Positions 11,602 through 23,279 of a stretch of 64,000 nucleotides of DNA are shown here, one piece after another (the stretch's first letter is position 1; each line of letters begins with the position of its first letter). Made by a program: the position numbers and the translations under genes. The notes under the pieces are model-generated. The model did not search any database and had not been told where the DNA came from. It worked only from the letters and a program-made list of their open reading frames with translations. Source of the DNA: Selaginella moellendorffii (Eukaryota; Plantae; Lycopodiophyta); assembly GCF_000143415.4 (NCBI RefSeq), contig NW_003314321.1:878236-942235 (forward strand), in the 5' to 3' direction.

Positions 11602-14600
11602 ATGTCGGGCGCCTTCTCTTCGCTCAAATATAAGAATGTCAAGCACTGCAGTACGCATCCCAAGTTCCTCCACAGCAACAGTACGAGCCATCGCTGGGCT
11701 TTTGGCGCTATTGCCGAGTAAGCTTGCTGGTACGAGTGCTCACTCACTCTTCTTCTCTTTTTTTTTTCTAGGCTTATTGACAATGCCATCGATCCTGATG
11801 TGAATGCGTCGCAATTTTGCATTGACCTCAAGGAGTTTAACAACGAGCCTTGCCTCGTTCTCATGGACAATGGCTGCGGTTTGAATCCAGAGAGACTTCA
11901 TAAAATGCTCAGTTTTGGGCATTCGAAAAAGGTAAGGAGGTGTTTTTCTTCAAGTCTCCTCTTTACGCTGTTTGCCCGAATGCAGCAAATGACTCCTGGT
12001 GATAGATCGATCGGGAAGCATGGAAATGGTTTCAAGGTTGGACCTTTTTTCATCTGCGCCTTACTCTTAGCTTGCTTATATTGTTTGCTTCAGTCGGGAA
12101 CAATGCGCTTAGGAAAGGACGTACTAGTTCTTACAAAGTGTGCTGTCAGTATGACTACTGGCTTCCTTTCTCAGACTTTTCTGGTAAGTGTGACTTATGA
12201 TGGCCAAGTCTCATTAGAAAAATCCTGTATGAAAATCAGGCTGCTGTGGGAGCAGAAGACATCCTCATACCGCTAGTTACCTGGGATTTGCGTGGAAGTA
12301 TCCTTTCCAGCTGCTTGAACATAGCGTGCCATTCTTTTCCTTGACTGCAGGGAAGATAGAATGAGTCCAAAGCATGCGGACATCGAAGAAAGCTTGCAAG
12401 CTATATGTACATACTCCATTTTTCCTGACGAAGCAAGCATTCTTGCTCAGCTTGATGCGATTCCTGGAACAGGCACGGTAAGCTTGACAAAAGCTGTTTA
12501 GAAATATCATGTTTTCTTGCTAAACATTTGGTAAATCTTTTTCCTCTCTAGATCCTGATCATTTCAAATTTACGCCGCCATGAAGGAATCCTTGAAATGG
12601 ACTACAAAACGGATCCTCACGACATAAGAATAACATCAGAAATTACCAGTTCCCATTATCAGCAACTGCGACCCAATCAGGTGATTGACTTGTGAGGTTC
12701 TGAAAAAGCTAAAGTTGTCTCATTCCTCCTGCAGCCTAATTCCACTGACGTTCCTAGTGACTACTCTCTTCGGGCCTACGTTTCAATACTTTATAAAGTT
12801 CCTCGTATGCAGATATTTATTCGGTAAGCCATCTGATGTCACAGCGTACAAAGTTAAGACGTAAAATGCTGCAGTGACAACAAGGTGAAGACGAAGAGGG
12901 TCTCTGGACTTTTAAGTCAGAAGGTGACCGAAACTTATAAGCCAATGGGAGTTACTGATCCCGTGAAAATTGAAATGGGGTGAGTCATCATACTGTATTC
13001 TTTTAAGTTGAGCTGACGTATCCTCGTGATTGTAGTTTCAACACCGAAAACAGAAACCTGTATGGCATGATGCTTTATCACAGAAATCGTTTAATTAAAC
13101 CTTATATGAGGGTAAAATTGTGTATAAGAAGAGTCCATGTAACACACTATTCCCGTTTTTCAGGTTGGTATGCAGCTTGAAGAAAATGAAAGGGGAATGG
13201 GTGTCCTGGGCATAGTTGAAGCGGATTTCTTGCACCCAACTCATAATAAGCAGGTTAGAAGCTTTTGTTCCGTCAACTGTAACATAATTACCTGTTTTGT
13301 GAAGGACTTCGACGACACAACTGCATACCGTAGGCTGCTGAAGAAGCTTTCGGATGTTTTGGCTGAGTACTGGTATGTTGTGTTTATTTTTCCTTCGATT
13401 AATAATTTTTTGTTGCAGGTGGGAAAAGAAGGAAAGGATCAGTTTAAGCTTACCTCAACCTGAAACTCCTACGAAGCGACCTGCGGAACCAGAAAGTGTC
13501 GATGAGGATGTTCCAGATGTCGTATGGGTAATAAGCCTTTTGGTGCATTTTCGTTGTTTTTATTCTATTGTCATAGGTGCAATGCGATAATCCTAGCTGT
13601 CTCAAATGGCGTGTGCTACCTGAGGGGACCGATGCTGCTACTCTTCCTGATAGCTGGTAAGGTTATATATTATCCGTGAAATCCTATCTGATTATATATT
13701 TTTGTGACAGGTTTTGCGAATACCATCCTATTGCTAAGTTTCGCAGGCACGAAGAACCAGAAGAAGAATGGGACGCGTCTGTTCAACATGAGGTATCTTT
13801 TCTTTCTTTTTCGGCATTAATATAAGCTTGTTTTCTAGATTATTGAAAGAAGAAAAGAACGGAAACGGGAATACGACCGCGAGAGGAAAGAAAAAGAAGC
13901 TCATAAGCGTCGACAACGGCTGGTATTTATAGCTTATTAAGCGGCTCACGTATTAAATATGATCATTGCCAGGAAGTTATTGTGGGGAGGGAGGAGCAAA
14001 TGGCAATACACCGCCAGCGGGAAGCTCTCAGGAAGGAGATGGAAGAACAAAAGGCAAAAGATTTTGAAGCCATTGAGCAGGTATTTGTCATGCGTTGTTT
14101 GAAACTAGGCTGAGAGTTCGGACTTCCTGCAGGAACGTAAGGCCCGGGAGGAGGAAGTCTTAAAGCTTCAAAAGGTATATTTTTATAGTAGCGAAACTGT
14201 TCTCATTGCATGTCTACATCACAGGAACTCCATGAAATGCAAGCTAGGCGCGATGAGATTCAAAAGCAGCACATCGAGCTTCTGCATCGTTTGGAAGTTG
14301 ACGGAGCGAAAAAAAGCACAGCTCCTGTCAAGAAGGATGAGAACCATGTGCAGTTCTCGGAGCACGTGAGTATTTTTAATTGGATTTTTGTATCCTGCTT
14401 TACGGTTCATACTCGTGATTGCAGGAAATGTCCCAAGTAGGAGTTTCGGGCTCCGAGGATATATCAGAAGAAAGGCCTGTTGACTCCCGCAAAACCGATG
14501 AGGCTTGCTCGGGTCAGCAAAATGACGGACGGACTCAATGGAAGGGGAACGAATTGCCCAGCGATGGCACTCAACACTTGCCCGATCAGGTGAACAAAGA

Positions 14601-16117
14601 CTATCCGCAAGGGAATCATCAACACTATGAGCACCGCCAGGAGACACGCCTTCTCACACCAAGTTTGGATGGTGAACCGTATCAGCACCGCCCAGAAACT
14701 AGTAAAGATGACAAGCTGGTGGGAAATGAAGACTACCAACGTCAGCAAGCTAGCTTATTTCCCTTGCAAAAGCAGTTTGTCGTCCATGACGACAGGCGAA
14801 ACTACCAAAATCAAGAGGAGATCCACTTTTCAGGTGGGAGAACTGGAGAAGAAGAACGACACAACAGGCAATATCAAGGAGCTGACCAGCAGCTTACAGA
14901 GGATAGAAACAATAACGATGAAGGCTATGGACATCCTCTGGATGCTCGATTCTCAAGCAAGCGTACCAACGAGCTGGGACAAGCTTTCCAGTGGCGGCAG
15001 CATCCATATGGAAGCGACAGGCAATACGGAGAGGACCGGCATCCGCAAGACCACCATATGGGAGTTAATCGCATTCAGGTCTATATAATCCTGCATTAGA
15101 TAACTGACGAGGTGTGGTTTTCTACAGGGGTCGGAGCTTATGGAACCTACCTCTAATCGGTTCCAAGATAATCGGCATAGCCAGCTAAAAGGAAATGAAC
15201 TTTCAATATCATATGCACCCATACAACCGCTGCAGGAGTGTATGCCTGGGTTTTCACCACAGTATCCACATGCAAAGCAGCCACCTTCAGCTCCTCAAGA
15301 CCAAGTTACAGCCAATGGACATACTCTGGGTCCTTTGTCTTCGTTTCAACACGTCAACATGGAAGGCGGACGCATGTACCAGGATGATAGCAGAGGGTTG
15401 CTACCGAGAGGCACTCAACGGTATCAATCTGTACATGGAGTTGTCGACGCCGAGAGGTAAAGCTTCTTCAGCACAAGCTTTGGTCTTATTAACTTCCATT
15501 CTTCCCAGCTTGTCCCTATGCTCCGATGCAATGATCGTTCCTCGAGCGGACACTTCAATGTCAAGCGGAGCTTTGCAAAGACGCGAAGCTGACTCGTCGT
15601 TGATCCTCTCACTGCAGGGGTATTTCCTGTTCTCAGTCTTGAACTAATCACTCGCCTTTTCTTCCTCGTTTGTCTTAGACGTTTGCGGACGGCTCTCAAA
15701 ACGTTACTCAAGTTATCTGGGCCTTTGGAAACGCAAGTTGATGCAGATGAAATGCTTTCCTCTGACTTGGAAGTTGTAAGATTTTGATTTTTTCTCTGTT
15801 TTGTGAATTTCTAATGTCTTGTCTCGTACTGCAGGTAACTATATGTGAAAAGGTACTTCAGCATTCATCCTTTACACAAGTGTTTTCTGACTGGTGTGTT
15901 GCAGGCAACGAACTATGTTGGAATGAGGTGGCAAGCCTATGAGCAAGAGATTGCAAAGTTGAAGACCGAGCTGGCTTATACAGTACAGGTATATCTCGCT
16001 TATGATCGTCCTTCTTGTAGCACATCTAAACGTTTCTCTCAGGCTGGACAAAATTTTAGAATCCGTGCCATAGCAGGAGAACAATGGGATAACGGGAATG
16101 CTACTATCCTGAAGTGA
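11602..16117 (+). CDS. MORC-family GHKL ATPase with CW-type zinc finger and coiled coils (many short introns; start codon tentative)
   Basis: [92 protein letters not shown]; CW finger WVQCDNPSCLKWRVLP...WFCEYHP. Confidence 0.92.
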
Positions 16118-16360
16118 CCCTGTGCCTTCTCGTCGACGTTTTGGTAAAATAGACAGGTAGTGTACATGTAAAGTTCTGATACTTTTAGACGAGACTTCGA
16201 GCGGGCCTTAGGATTATTGCCATTAACTGTTGATGACTAACTGATTCAAAAGAATGCCCGGGGCTCGTCATATTTCTCTTTGACGTATTTTCTACAATAA
16301 ATATGTCGTTGTTTGCCAGTTTTGTAGAGTAGACATCAGTCGAAACGACAAGTCTGGTTT

Positions 16361-18412
16361 TCATTGTCGACCAGGAGAATCTTTGTTCGAAGGATCCCAG
16401 TTTTGTAAGATCTTCATGAGCGATGTAGCCTTCCGCTTGGCTCGTGAAGACCCGCTGGCCAGAAGCGAGTGTAGTGCTGTTATGCTTCCAGGAACGGTCA
16501 GAAGGCAACGCACGACGGAGTGATCACCGCCTCGGCACAAGGCAAGCAGTACTGCTGTTGCGTTTTCCTTCTCTCTTGGTGATCCTGACTCGAGAATTCT
16601 CACCAGAAACGACATAGCTGAGGTTCGTGCAATGGACTTGGCGCCGGGCTCGGAAGCTGCAAGCAGACCCAGGAGGGCCAGCGAGTTTTCCAGCAACTCG
16701 GCGTTGCCTTCGTCGTCCATGTACTGCTCCAGGTTCTCCACCAGCGATGTCACCGCGCCGGCTTGCACCACCTTTTCCTTGTTCTCCTCGAGGAGCGAGA
16801 GGTTGAACAGCGCAGACACGGCGTCCTTCTTCCCGGTCTGCGTCCCCTTTTGCAAGAGCTCCACCAGCGCAGGTATAGCTTGTCCTTTGCTCCCGATTGC
16901 GACTTTGTTTTCATCCGAGGTTGACAGGCTGAAAATGGTGGCAGCGGCATTCTCCCTCGCCACGGCGCTGTGGCCGTTGCAAAGCACGACGACGATGGGA
17001 TCCAGAGCTCCAGCAGTCATGATGAGGCTCTTGTTGCTGTCGAAGATGGAGAGGTTGAGCAGCGCAGTGATGGCGTTCTCCTGCGCCGATGCGTCGCGCG
17101 AGAGCAAGAGCGAGACAAGGAAAGGTATGGCTCCCGCTTCAGCAATGCATCTCCTGTTCTCCATTCCTATCTTTGCCAGGAGCCGGAGCTCGTACGCAGC
17201 CTGCTTTTGAATATCTGGAGGTCCCATGGCCAGCTTTCCAACCAGAAACGAGGCCGTCATCCTAGCCGCTGCTATCGTGGCCTGAGCATTTGCAATGTGG
17301 TCGACACCAACTGTAGCTCTCGAGTCCTTCCCCGACATCCAGAACGGTACCTTGTTCTTCTCGCACCACTGCGCGATGAGGCTCCGCAGCGCAAAGTTTG
17401 GGATGAGCGTCATGTGGATGAGCTTCTGGCCACTCTTGGGACACGTTATATTACCGGCCTCGACCCACCTCTGTATCGACGATCGATCGTACGTCTGGCC
17501 GGTGGCAATGATCACCGGGTCTCTCATCAGCTCCAAACTTATGGGACACTTGTACTCGTCGGGGATGCTGCTGCTGCTCAAGCTCAAGCTCGTCACCAAT
17601 TGCTTCTGGGCCTCATCGTCATCCTCGACGTCGAGAGCGTGTTCTTGGACGGGATCCTCAGAGACCATGCCGTAGAGGACGCAGCTCGAGAAGCACAGGA
17701 AGCTGATGAGGCTGTTGATCCGGCAAGCCTTTGGTGACCTGGACGACGACTTTCTACTCAGGGAGGACCGGGTCGTCGTCGTCGAGGTGATGGAGGAGGA
17801 GGATGACGCAAGCTTTCGCAGCTGCTCGAGCTCTCTCTGGCACTCCTTGGCACTGGTGAGCAACAGTCGCTTGAACAGCTCCTCGATCCGGTCACTGCTG
17901 GGAGTCCTCTTCTTCTCAAACTCCTTGAGCAGCTCCAGCAGCTTGGCCTGCAAGTCGAGCTCCACAGGATCCACAAACAGCTTGAAGCGCCGGGCTTGCA
18001 GCTTTAGCAGCTCGACTTGCTCCTTGATCTCGATGGGAAGCTCCAGCAGGCTGAGCGGAAGCATCGACAGTGGAGCGGCCATGTCCCTGGACAGCTCAAA
18101 CAATTTGGTGGAGTAGAGCTCACACTCGGCCAGGAGCCAGAGCTGGCTCGACTCTCGCAACTCGTCGGCGAGCTCCCCGGCCCGGAGCATGACCGAATGG
18201 AGCTCCTGGAACGCTATCACAGCCGAGGGTGGGAGGAGCAAATTCCCGTCTCTTACCTCTTCTACCACCGGGAGCATCAACCTCACTCTTCGCAGAATCA
18301 CCGTCAAGTTCTTCCTCTGGCACGGACCCAGGTACGCTTGCTGGTGGTGACTTGCGACTAAGTTTGCGGCTTCCAGGAGCTCTTGCACGACAACCCGTGG
18401 AGCAGCGGCCAT
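16361..18412 (-). CDS. Plant U-box/ARM E3 ubiquitin ligase (UND-U-box-ARM, PUB16/17-like; 683 aa, intronless)
   Basis: U-box IPDEYKCPISLELMRDPVIIATGQTYDRSSIQRW..CPKSGQ..LIPNFALRSLIAQWC, followed by ARM repeats (QENAITALLNLS, RENAAATIFSLS). Confidence 0.95.
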   Translation of the reverse strand: MAAAPRVVVQELLEAANLVASHHQQAYLGPCQRKNLTVILRRVRLMLPVVEEVRDGNLLLPPSAVIAFQELHSVMLRAGELADELRESSQLWLLAECELYSTKLFELSRDMAAPLSMLPLSLLELPIEIKEQVELLKLQARRFKLFVDPVELDLQAKLLELLKEFEKKRTPSSDRIEELFKRLLLTSAKECQRELEQLRKLASSSSSITSTTTTRSSLSRKSSSRSPKACRINSLISFLCFSSCVLYGMVSEDPVQEHALDVEDDDEAQKQLVTSLSLSSSSIPDEYKCPISLELMRDPVIIATGQTYDRSSIQRWVEAGNITCPKSGQKLIHMTLIPNFALRSLIAQWCEKNKVPFWMSGKDSRATVGVDHIANAQATIAAARMTASFLVGKLAMGPPDIQKQAAYELRLLAKIGMENRRCIAEAGAIPFLVSLLLSRDASAQENAITALLNLSIFDSNKSLIMTAGALDPIVVVLCNGHSAVARENAAATIFSLSTSDENKVAIGSKGQAIPALVELLQKGTQTGKKDAVSALFNLSLLEENKEKVVQAGAVTSLVENLEQYMDDEGNAELLENSLALLGLLAASEPGAKSIARTSAMSFLVRILESGSPREKENATAVLLALCRGGDHSVVRCLLTVPGSITALHSLLASGSSRAKRKATSLMKILQNWDPSNKDSPGRQ

Positions 18413-18984
18413 GGCTGACGATGATCCGCGAAAGCTGCCACTGTTTCCACCATGCGACTAGCAAGCATGCAAGCACGGCATAGCGCAAACTTGCTCCTTC
18501 GGCTCCTCTTAATAATTTTTAAGTTGTTTTTTCTTCTTTGCCTTGGAAGTTGGGATGGGCCAAGTCGTCGTGTTCTTCGGCATTTCCCCCGCGCTGTTTG
18601 AACGGCTGGGATATTTGGAGCTTTGTGTTGTGTCGTTTTATGAGCCCACGATGTTCCAAGGGTTATTTTGAATATAATTTGGTAGCATATTCTGCATTTC
18701 TATCTCTTGAAATTGGACTTTCAGAAAAAAAAAGGTAAAGGGTAAACAAAAATAGAGTGATTTTGGTATATGAGCTATTATATTAATCTAGACCATTCGC
18801 TCTTGTATAGAAGTTAAAGTTTTTGCGTTAATTGATATGTACATTTATGTATACACTCACAATATGTGTTTTAAAAATATATTTGCAATTACACTAAAAC
18901 ATAATGTTTTAAAACTTAGTAATCTAGATTATATTTAGGTATATACTGGTATATTTGGTGCACGAAACATATAGGCATCTGGTT

Positions 18985-19874
18985 TTATGGTTTTGATGCA
19001 GGGACATTCGTGACCATGGTAGCTCCTTGATACAAGGTCGGATTCGTGTACCAACTAGACGTTGTGAATGAAGGCGATGAATGAACTTGTTGCTTAGCCG
19101 CTGCCTTCAACTCGACCAAGAGCAGCGTTTGGTTGTCGTTCTTTGAAGACGATAAGATCTTGTACACAACCTGCTTCAGTTGTTCATAGTCTCTGGCCTG
19201 CAACGCCTTCCGAATCTGTCCACAATGGTAATCGTCTATGCTGTTTTTATCCACTCCATCAGAAGCAAGAATAAGGAAGTGGCAGCCTTTGGAAATGTCA
19301 AAGTTGAGAATGTCCGGAACAGCACTCACAGCTTGTTCTTCTCGACTCAGCTGCGGATTGCTCTTGAACGACCAATCCCCAATGCTGCGGGTCACCATGA
19401 GCGAATCGACATCGTCTTCTTTGCCAGCCAAAGTTATGCGTCCCTTTGAGCCCCTCTCCACATAGCCACCCGCCTTGACGACCCTGTCTAGCTCCCCAGG
19501 ACACTTGCAGTCGTGCTCCTGGCTGATATCCATCACGTACCCATCCACAAACAAGCAGCAGAAAGAATCGCCAACATTGCCAAGAAAAACCTGGTTGTCA
19601 TCAGTAACCAGAGCCACGGTCGCGGTACTCCCACAGTCGTCAGCATCTGGAGCCCGTGAATCTGCCTCCATGAAAACCTGATGCAAGCTCCTCGCATAGT
19701 CGCCGTCCCGGAAAGCCTGATTGCAGCCCAGGATCGTGCTCATGCTGCCAGCGCAGAAGCGTGCCACTTGATCCCCGCCGTGTCCGCTACAGAGTGAGCG
19801 TCCTCCATTGTGCTCCTGAAGCCCACGTCTTGGAAGCACAACACTCTGACGCGCCTGTCCTCCACAACCTCCAT
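18985..19874 (-). pseudogene. Intronless PP2C (PPM) phosphatase copy with a deletion/frameshift between motifs 1 and 2
   Basis: ATG 19874 gives MEVVEDRRVRVCCFQDVGFRSTMEDAH. The remainder (GHGG, CGSTATVAL, NVGDS, TRSIGDWSFK, LILASDGV, DNQT) is in another frame, and the FGVFD strand, including the Asp of DGHGG, is missing. Confidence 0.75.
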
Positions 19875-22267
19875 TCTGCCCTATCGCCCTAATTCAGAAT
19901 CAACGAAAAGGCTAAAAGATATACCTTGTGTGACACGTGGCTGTCGACGTGGGTGGCATATTCCCGCTCTATTTAATTGCGGGAGCACTTAAATAGGGCT
20001 GATGAGAGGCGTGCACGTGTTCGGCGATGGCCAGATTCGCAAGAGCAGGATTGAGGAGCTGGTTTTGGGTCGCCACGACCCTTCCAGCTGTGCGTCCTGT
20101 CAAGCACTCTCCCCGGAGCAGAACTCGCAGAGATAAATAAAAGACATTTAACCACGATGGTTCTCCTTCTCAAGTAGCATGAAATTTTGAAATGGATCTA
20201 GAGCTGAAAGGCTAATGGACACTTTGTGAAAAATTGCTACATAAGAAATTTGGACAATTTTTTGTTTTTCTGAAGTTTTTTCTCTTTCATGAACGACCAA
20301 TAAGGAACCTGGGGCATTATTGAGGAGGTGTCGGTGGGTTCGGGGGTTCCCGATGGCCGCGGGGGGGGCATGGGGCCGGGTGGGGTCATTTAGCAGGCTG
20401 ATCACAAAGCATGTAATTCTTTCTTCCTTCTTTATGATTCTATTTCTCATGTTGCCATGGAATTTATCGGCAATAGCTACGGGAGTAGTGGCCAGGGATC
20501 GTCTGGCAAGGGAAAGCGTCGCCATGGCAATAAGTAATGTAGTCTTGGTATATGTTCTTAGTATGTTTCCTCAAACTTGGTTGTCCGCAAAGAAGTTCTC
20601 TCGCTTGTGACAACGAAGTATGACGAAGCTCGAGTTCGTCCTCGGCCACGCCCAGGCCAAGAAATTATGCACCCAGGTCCGGCTGTGAATGATCAGCCCA
20701 GCTAAAGAGCTCGCAAGGCGAATCTCTGGCAGGATCTAACCACTCCGGGCTCTACGATAGCCAAGGAGGCGAAACTCAAAACTTCGCGGCCTTCCTCACG
20801 TTGTTTCTGGCTATGAGAATGACTTCCTCCTGTGTAAACAACAACAAAAAATTTACGGAATGCTGCCAGCATGCTTGAGGCCTTTCTTGCTTTGCTTCGT
20901 TTTCATTTTAACGAGCATTTTCTTTCATCTTTCCTTCCAGGTGCATCCATCCCGTTTCTTGCAAAAGCGAAAGTGAACCTTACAAGCAACGGAGTGTAGA
21001 GACGAGTCTTTTGGAACTGGATGAACCTTTCCATCCAAGCGGTGACCCCTTGGGAGGAATCAACGCTGACATGATACTGTGGAAATCCAGCTCTCTCACC
21101 TGCGCTTTCGCCTTTTGACCAGCAGCTCAATCACGCCCTCCAACAGCAATTTCCCACCAATGCCTTCTTGAGCACGCAGTGATTCTCTGGTGGATGGACG
21201 TCCTCCATTGGCGTGGCTCCCGCACCTTCTCGGATTTTCCAGTGATGGCTGCTGTTGGATCCATCATCGTAGGATCCGAGGATCTGGATGCCTGCAGCTT
21301 CTTGTTGCGTTTTAAGTTAAGTCTTCACATAATACTATGGATCTTACGCTTGCAGCACACACACGATGTTCATTGTTGAGTGTATGTTTCAAGTCACAAA
21401 TTGCATCGTCTCCGAACTTTGGACTCCAGACTCCAGGATGTTGACACGTGCCATCCATATTTCGAGCATCAAGGGTCTCGCCGAATCGCAAAATACGAAA
21501 GTCTTGCCAAGACCATCTAAACTACTTTAGAAAATGTGACAATGCCTTTGGATTCAAGAAACCTAGCCATTTTCAAACGATTTCCTCATGACCAACATGG
21601 GCTATAAGATTTACTTCATTCTCTTTACAGGTCTCATCCCAGCTTGTGCCAACTTTGGAGAGCATGCAACTCAATATGATGACGTTTATTTTTCCCCCCA
21701 TATAATCTAGCTTCTTACAGCTTCTTAGTTTTACTGTTAATAGCTATCTGCCTAGAGTTCCAATCTTAAAGTGTTGCGAAAAATTCTTTAAATTAACCCA
21801 TGCGCCTCGTGCCTCATCTCTCAAAATACATTTTTCAAAAACAGCATATAGATAAATAGATAGTTCCTCGTCTATCAGCAAATATACTCTGCATTGAAAG
21901 GTTGAACAAAATCCGGATCATCCTTGAAAACACGAAACCTGTGTTCTAGGCATAAGTTTGCTTCGCCATAGAACCTAGTCCTAAAAAAGCTGACCCTACG
22001 TTTAAATCGTCGTTACGTGCTCCAGGCTTTACTATCGTCCAAAGAAGTGGCCTCGGTCGTGGTGGTGTCCCCTTCATCCTCGCCAAAAACATGCATTTAA
22101 TTCCTCTTCCGCGCATATTTTCCACACCTCCATTTCTTGAGCCACTGGTTTCGCAGCCGCTTTGGATTGGGCAACGATGGATCGCGTTTGGATTTCGGGA
22201 AGAACACGCACGGCAGTCATGGCCAGATCTTTAATTTCCACGGAATCTAAAATCTGGACATAAGATC

Positions 22268-23065
22268 ATGGCGGAGCCTGCTACTTCACCGAGCCGACGA
22301 GCAAGCGTGGATTCAGTGCTGTCCGATTTCCAAGTGGAGCTCCTCAAGGTAGAGAATTCTCTGGAGAGTGTGTTATTGCTCACGAATTCTCTCGAGCAGC
22401 AGAACCACCGGCAGCAAATCCTCGACGACGATGAGTTCTTCCTCGACGATCATCCAAAGTCTGGACAAAATGGATCGAATTTGCTACTGGACGAACGCGA
22501 TGCCTCGATGAATGAGTGCTCGACGTCGTCGCCATCGCAATTGGGCGATTCTTCCTCGGTAGCGTTATGGCAGGGAGGTATCCGGCTGGTAATTGAGGCA
22601 CCAATCGCCAAAGTGTGGGAGATCTCTTCCGAGAGGTGCGGAATCTCTCGCTGGATGCCCATGATCGAGGAGTGCGTGGAGATCGATCCGGGCGATGGTA
22701 TAACCGGCAGCCGGAGGCGAATTTCCGGCGATATCCTCCCCCGGATCGACAACATCCAGTCGTGGGCGATCGAGAAGCTGGTGGAATTCGACGCGGAGAA
22801 TCACTACTACACGTATGAGGTGGAGGAGAGCAACATTGGGCTGGAGGGGTACCGCGCCACGCTCCAGCTCAACGATTTCGGCGATGACACCACGCTGGTG
22901 AATTGGGTGTACGAGGTGAGGGCGATGGAGGACAGCTCCGAAGAGGGCATGGCAGATTACATGGGAATGTTCTTCAAGGCATGCCTCAGGCGCCTGGAAC
23001 TTCTCGCAAGCGGGAAGGAGAGAGACGACGAGAACACGCGTACAAATCCCATTGGTCCAGATTGA
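22268..23065 (+). CDS. SRPBCC/START-like polyketide cyclase_2 (lachrymatory-factor-synthase-like) protein, 265 aa
   Basis: WQGGIRLVIEAPIAKVWE..RWMPMIEEC..WAIEKLVEFDAENHYYTYEVEESNIGLEGYRATLQL..VNWVYEV, with an N-terminal acidic extension. Confidence 0.85.
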   Translation: MAEPATSPSRRASVDSVLSDFQVELLKVENSLESVLLLTNSLEQQNHRQQILDDDEFFLDDHPKSGQNGSNLLLDERDASMNECSTSSPSQLGDSSSVALWQGGIRLVIEAPIAKVWEISSERCGISRWMPMIEECVEIDPGDGITGSRRRISGDILPRIDNIQSWAIEKLVEFDAENHYYTYEVEESNIGLEGYRATLQLNDFGDDTTLVNWVYEVRAMEDSSEEGMADYMGMFFKACLRRLELLASGKERDDENTRTNPIGPD

Positions 23066-23279
23066 ACACGTGTTTGAACACTATTAGTCCAGCTGGCATA
23101 TATATAATACGTGCCAAATTTCTATTGATCCAGCTGGCACATAAGGAGCACGTTTTATGCTTTTACACCAGCTGGCACAAGCCATGTCTTCTAAATCAAT
23201 CAATCCTAGATAAAAAAATCAATGTCTTCTCGATCGAAGACTCATTGTCTTCACGATCAAAGGATCAGTGTCTTCTCGA

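Noticed and set aside
20600-21300. Exon/intron-like pattern on the minus strand
   Set aside because: No consistent frame or family could be assembled; possibly a relic, but not supportable.
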